NCBI GenBank assembly: GCA_964016885.1
Contig: OZ024741.1
Coordinates: 185,008,001-185,072,000, forward strand
Origin: Eledone cirrhosa
Taxonomy: Eukaryota
Length of the DNA: 64,000 nt
Direction: 5' to 3'
In this document: positions 58,401 to 64,000 of the stretch, piece by piece
Layout: every line of letters begins with the position of its first letter
Position numbering within the stretch: the first letter of the stretch is position 1
Notes under the pieces: generated by a model
What the model was told of the DNA's origin: nothing
What the model saw: only the letters and a program-made list of their open reading frames with translations
Databases searched by the model: none
Position numbers and translations under genes: made by a program

Positions 58401-59686
58401 GCGGAGGTGGCGAACGTTTATATAGCGTCCGTCATCTATTACCGCCTAACCGTCATGCCTTGCCTAAGGGAAACGCTCACCAAAATGGAGCACGCACTCT
58501 TCCAATTCCTTTGGAAAAAGCGGGCTCCTTTGTGAGGAGATCCATCTGCTGTCAAATCCCTTCGAAAGGAGGGCTGGGGATGCCGTGGTTGCTGATGCGT
58601 AAACACGCATTAAGGCTACGTAACCTCCAGGTATTCCTGACCGGTCAACCGGTGTGGGCCCCGTTTGTGAGGCGAGCCTTTCCGAGACTCGTCTCGCTCA
58701 CCGAGCTGCAGTCCTGAGTCAAGCAAAGACCGATAAAACTGGGCGCCTGGCACATCGAGTGTGCCCAGGCGCTCACGGCTCTCTGGAGGGCGGACCCGGC
58801 TATCGGTGGAGACTCCACCTCGTCATTCTATAGACGGCTCGTGGCTAGTAGGTGCGACGACGCCCTCGGACAAGCCCTAGGCATGGAACAAGACGAACTG
58901 GCCAGCCTATTCAGGAGGACATTTGGCCCGGGACCTATGGACAACTTCCAGAGGTCCCTGGCCTGGCAGTGCTACCGAGGGGCGCTGCGCGGTCGAGAAA
59001 AGCTCTATAGACACGGGCGACCGGGCAGGGACCCCTCGAAAAAGATCTGTCCCAGATGCGTGCGCGACGAGGAAACCGTTGCGTATGCATTGGTACACTG
59101 ATCGGGCGTTGCCGATCTGTGGGGCTATGTCGAATGGCTGCTGTCACGGGTGGGACCAATCCGGTTGACCACCGAGTCCATTGTAACGATCAAGCCGCCT
59201 CCCCCTTCAAAAATGAAGGAGAGGCGGTCTTCCTCTGTGTAATAGCCATGATGAAAGAGGTGGTATAGTGGACACGTTTGAAAGGGCTGAGGTCGGACAC
59301 CTTACTCTCCGGCCAACAACTGGTCCTTTTCTTTAAATACCATTTTAAGAGAAGGATCAGAATAGAGAGAGAGGTGCTCTACCCCAGCAGTTTTATGAAA
59401 GGTGGGTGAAAGTAGCGAGAATGGCCCCTGTGAATGGGCCTTCTCTCTTTATCAGCCTGTAGGTGGAAAGGTATAAATTCAAAGGAGCACCCTCTCTCTG
59501 TTCTCCTAAGGAAAAGGGTTACACACTTCTTCGGGGGTGTGTGTAACCCCCCAAACGCCTCCTCCCTATTGAGGACAGTATTGTTAATTTTATATTTGTT
59601 ATTTGTTTTTTACTCTTTCCTTTATGTAACCCCCACCTTGTATTTGTCCACTTCTTTTGTGCTCTCGTGGCAAATAAATAGAAACT
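55414..59686 (+). mobile_element. Tx1-clade (L1 group) LINE, both ends present, internally deleted and decayed
   Basis: 5' TAGTAGACGTG; ORF1 N-terminus fused near 56280 to the APE domain (RLVAAYAP, SDHKLV, GYWKLN); RT NFRPITLLN, DQSKAFDRVDH, YADD; CPRC..ETV knuckle; AATAAA at 59673; (TATC)n on both sides. Confidence 0.92.
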
Positions 59687-59690
59687 TATG

Positions 59691-59736
<46 letters not shown>

Positions 59737-60659
59737 ACTATTTATCCATCCAACGTGACCCCTTCGTTTTTATAAGACAGTAGAATAAGCAATTTGAAGT
59801 AGATTTGGATGTTAATTATATCGCGGAAACAATGTTACTATGACACAGCGCGTCACTTATTATAGAACTCGAACCCACAATATTTCAAGGCTGAGTATAT
59901 ATTAAGCCCTCAGCGCATTATGTCTTTCTCTTTGCCTATACATTTATTAGACGGTTCTTGTTAGACCCTCTTGTAAAGTGAAGAAGACTTAATGGAAATA
60001 TCTCATAAGATCGAAACATGTCCATTGATTTCACCAAGTAAGCTAACCAACATGGTCCACACATGATGAATTCTCCATAAAAGCTTAAATCAGACATGGC
60101 TATAATAGTTACCACTCTTGTTTGCGGTGTAATGTTCTAGGTTCCAATTGTCAAAGTTTGCTCTCTTCCGAACACTCTTTGATGACTCGGGATACGCAAT
60201 CTTTGTGTGTCCATCCCACGCTTCCCAGAACAGGTCGCAGGCCCACCATCAGATTTTGCGGCATGAAATGAAGAATGCTGTATATTTTTTCGAACAGGCC
60301 TCTCTACTTAAAGCCTGAAGGAGTCCCTTGTTAGTCCGCGGGAAGGACGATGCGGTATGATGCTTTTTCGTACGTCTCACCATATTGGTAGTCTTATTCA
60401 CACCAGTTACCAATCTGGTGCTTTCACAAAACTGCGAAGACAAGGCTTTCACTCTCCTCGCCATAGCTCCATCACTGGGTTGTAAGAGTTTTCTTGAGAG
60501 CTACATATGTCAACAATTGCTCCATTTGTTCCCTAGTAGCTTGCCGCTGTAGATCCAGGACTGCTTCTTCGTCTTATTTATAACGCAAGTAACAATTACA
60601 TCTGGTGGCCGTATCGCTATTCACCAGCTGCAACAAAGAGCACTGTCAAGAAATATGTT

Positions 60660-60715
<56 letters not shown>

Positions 60716-60765
60716 GCTACTAAGAGTAATAATAATAATGGTTTCATATATATGTATGTATATAT

Positions 60766-61626
60766 ACTAGCTGACGTACCCAGCTTCGCCCGGGTAAACA
60801 GATTATAAGAGAAGACAGATAAAAGAGAAAATGACTGTATTGGATGTCTGTCTGGTTACAGTATGAGGCGAGTCTGTGGTGTCTGTGTGATACAAAAAAA
60901 AACGGTAAAAAAAATCTTCCATATATACCAGATTTTTCGTTGTACCGTTTGTGCATAGTATACGAACAATTCTGTGTGCTCCCACTTAGAATAGTGACAT
61001 CTAGGAGATGGTTCATCTTCTGCCTGACTGTAAAACGTGTATCATTGCATAGACGGGGTTGTTATACGTTTCTCAAAAGGATGATGGAATTTCCAATCTT
61101 TTATATTATATGTAGATATAGATATAGATAATTAATATAAAAGATGATGCTCAGTCAGTTCGTCTTCAACCATCGCAGCACATCGTCGCTGCTTGGCTCC
61201 AGTGTTTCGTTGGCGTTGTTCAGCCAGCTCCTCTTCATTCATGGCGGCACGTCTTCGCCTCTGAAGTTCGGCGTTCCGATGGCGCTGTTCGGCCCGTTTT
61301 TCTTCATTCCTGGCTGCACGCCGTCGCCGCTGTAGTTCACTGTTTGATAAAGTCGAATCGCTTTTACTTTCTGTGGTACGCTGCACGCACGCACACACAC
61401 ATAAACATACGCGCACGTACATATACACGCACACAAGGTGATAGTTACAGCGTTCACTTTGCCTCTCTGTTTCTTACTATCCCCTCTCACTCTCTCATTG
61501 GCATTATGCATATTAATTGAAGTTTGGCATCGTTGAAGTGGCCGGAGTCGTTTGAAACCTATGAACCAATGATAATCGAGAATTATGACACACGGAATAC
61601 TGACATTGTTGAAATTAATATATAGA
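60766..61626 (-). mobile_element. Helitron fragments
   Basis: 3' hairpin CCCGG GCGAAG CTGGG...CTAG|T at 60766-60795; TC-type 5' ends near 61125 and 61626; ELQRRRRAA.NEEE repeats like the RepHel N-terminus. Confidence 0.6.
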
Positions 61627-61636
61627 TATCTATATC

Positions 61637-61801
61637 TGTAATCTGAGTTTTTCGAATATTAATAATAACATTCGATTCATGCCAACACAGGAGCAAGAAT
61701 GAATAGTTCATTCTACTGACATGGCTATAAAATTGAGGCTTGTTTGCATAATTGCAAACGAATCGAATGTTATTATTAATATTCGAAAAACTCAGATTAC
61801 A
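61637..61801. repeat. 165-bp element with 42-bp perfect inverted ends
   Basis: TGTAATCTGAGTTTTTCGAATATTAATAATAACATTCGATTC and its reverse complement. Confidence 0.75.
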
Positions 61802-62884
61802 TTTATTGTATTAAGCCATGTAGAGCGAACATTTTATTTTTTTATATATATCTATAACTCTATCTATCTATATATATATATGTCTGTGTGTGTCAGATTA
61901 AAATACAGCCCGAAAAAGAGAGAAATATAGAGAAAGAGGGAATGAGAGAGAAAAGTATTACATATTATTATGTAATAAATATTTTAATCTTTTCTTATTT
62001 CTCTAGTAAACAAAAAAAAAAACGTATTATGTCGTCATGTTTCTAAACAACATGGAAGTCAACTCTTCAGTTGAAATAAGTATGTAAATTAATTTATATA
62101 TTTAGTTTCTTAGATGGATTATGTTTCACTGTTACGGCATATAGTTCAATTTAGAAGTTGGGAAACATGTTGTTGGATATTAGCGTGTTGATCCGAAAAT
62201 GTTCTATATAATCAGCAGAACATTCTGTTTTACGCTGCTATACTTCTATAGGTACCGGTATCGAAACCACGCGAACATCCAGCGGTCGTCTGTATTTCAT
62301 CCATATTTCCGTCGTCACCACCCATCTCTTTTTATTTATTTTGTATGATCTTAGCCACCTGGGACATTTTTCAAATAGATATGTATTTAAACTTACACCG
62401 CCTGCAATCTATGTTGTCTTTTCTCTCTGTTCTTTCTCTGTTTCTTCCTCACATACTCTCTCTCTCTCTCTCTCTCTCACTCTCTTCTTCCGTGTGGTGT
62501 GCTTACATATAGGACTTACGTCTTTTACATCTTCCCTTTCGCACCTTACCTTCTGTGCATTAGAAATGCGCAACCGGTAAAACTTAAAACCAAAACTGAA
62601 TACTAACCAATACTATTACTAATTTTTACATATTCCTAATTAAACTATTTTTCACTGGGAACAATTTGTCAGCATTTTCTTTTCCTTTTACCAATATATC
62701 ATAACTCGTGTGTTACACCTCTATTCTTTTAAATATATATATATAATTATATAATTATATATATATATATTATTATATATTCGTGTACAGATATTTTTGC
62801 ATACACAATTAAAAAAATATAGACAAACGTATTTATTTTACGAGACTCGATAAGGATAAATATTTATCGAATATATAAGAACCC

Positions 62885-62923
62885 TAGAGCAAATCCCGAG
62901 CAACGCCGGGCCATTCTGCTAGT
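62885..62923 (+). mobile_element. Helitron 3' terminus; inverted relative at 8680-8720
   Basis: CCCGAGCAACGCCGGG hairpin followed by CTAG|T. Confidence 0.6.
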
Positions 62924-63092
62924 AATAACTAAAACACCAACAATATCAATAAAAACACCATCATAAGCATGGGCACAGAAACATCAATAGTAATAATAAT
63001 TATAATACCAATAATTAAGAATGAAACCCCATTACTAAAAGTACCAAATATGAAATGGAGCTGGATGTCAGAGAAGCCACACCCTTAAAAAA

Positions 63093-63280
63093 TAATTGTT
63101 TCTACTTTTGGCACAAGGCCAGCAATTAAATCAGTGTATTACTGGTACTTCATTTTATCGACCTCGTAAGGATGAAAGGCAAAGTTAACCTCGGCGGGAT
63201 TTGAACTCAGACTATAAAGGGCCGTAACTCTTTTCTGCAAAGCATGGCGTCCGACACTCTGCCGATACTGCTAATCTAAA
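63093..63280 (-). mobile_element. tRNA-derived SINE
   Basis: A/B boxes and core. Confidence 0.85.
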
Positions 63281-63289
63281 TACCGGTCA

Positions 63290-63640
63290 CCCACAACTTG
63301 TACGAAATTTCTAAAGTAGAAAGCAAAACATGAAGCACATCCTAAAAAGGCATGATGATGCAGGACACTGATGTGAACCAACTAAAGAGCCACTAACTGC
63401 TAAGAAAAGTATGACTGAAAGCTGAGATAATAGGTTTGATATTTACTGCACAAGACAAGAATCTAACGATTAGAATATATCCACAACGTAGTATGGAACA
63501 AACCAACAATGCTGGTTCTGTGTAAAATACGAAGACACCATCGAATAAATTGTCTCCTGGTGCTTCAACCTGACAGAGTCTGATTATATCAACAGGCGTA
63601 CAAGCATGCAGGGTACTTAAACTAGGATTATTTCGCTCTT
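63290..63640 (+). mobile_element. Decayed R4/Dong-like fragment
   Basis: KAEIIGLIFTAQDKNL.IRIY and EDTIE*IVSWC..LTESDYINR motifs. Confidence 0.6.
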
Positions 63641-63829
63641 AATATTTAACATCCTGTTGCTTTCAAACTTCCTGCACTATGAAGTATACAGCGGTTATGA
63701 CATTAAGGCAACTAAGAATGTTGCATCATAGAGTTATAGGCCTTTACATTCTGAGGTCAAACTCTACTTCGGTATTGAGTACTCCTTTCTCTTATTCGTC
63801 AACCAAATATTGATATATAAATATATATA

Positions 63830-64000
63830 TCTATATATCTAAAACAGAGAATGTCTATCTGTCTGTCTGTCTGTTTGACTCTCTAAAACTCGAGAACCAC
63901 CCAACCAATTGTTTTCAAACTTTACACATGTAATACCTATGGTCCTGTGAGTGTATTGAGCGAAAACATATTTCAAATTTTCTCTGACCTAGGGACCGCA
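63830..64000 (+). mobile_element. Non-autonomous Helitron-like 5' end, cut by window end
   Basis: A|TCTATATATCTAAAACAGAGAATG; homologous to 12590-12754. Confidence 0.55.

Noticed and set aside
59973-60026. TGAAGA...GAAA-CATG-TC HHR-like motif
   Set aside because: C3 is missing and stem I is unpaired; too degenerate to call

Overview
AT-rich, microsatellite-saturated eukaryotic repeat landscape with no intact host gene. The SINE, microsatellite and LINE content looks like an octopus/cephalopod genome (inference). It holds decayed R4/Dong-like (RLE), RTE and Tx1 LINEs, an internally deleted mariner, MITEs, Helitron ends, many copies of a tRNA-derived SINE and a decayed cadherin-repeat pseudogene. 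The main hidden signal is about 20 type I hammerhead ribozyme (HHR) motifs from roughly a dozen unrelated short repeat families, found by eye on both strands. Most are minimal HHRs with a palindromic stem III. They lie in tandem retrozyme-like units or in fold-back Penelope-like remnants inserted in (TA)n, and several fold-backs turn around inside the ribozyme. Also seen: a twin-priming-like inversion in an RTE LINE and apparent microsatellite-specific targeting by different retroelements. Coordinates were read by eye, so repeat boundaries are approximate.
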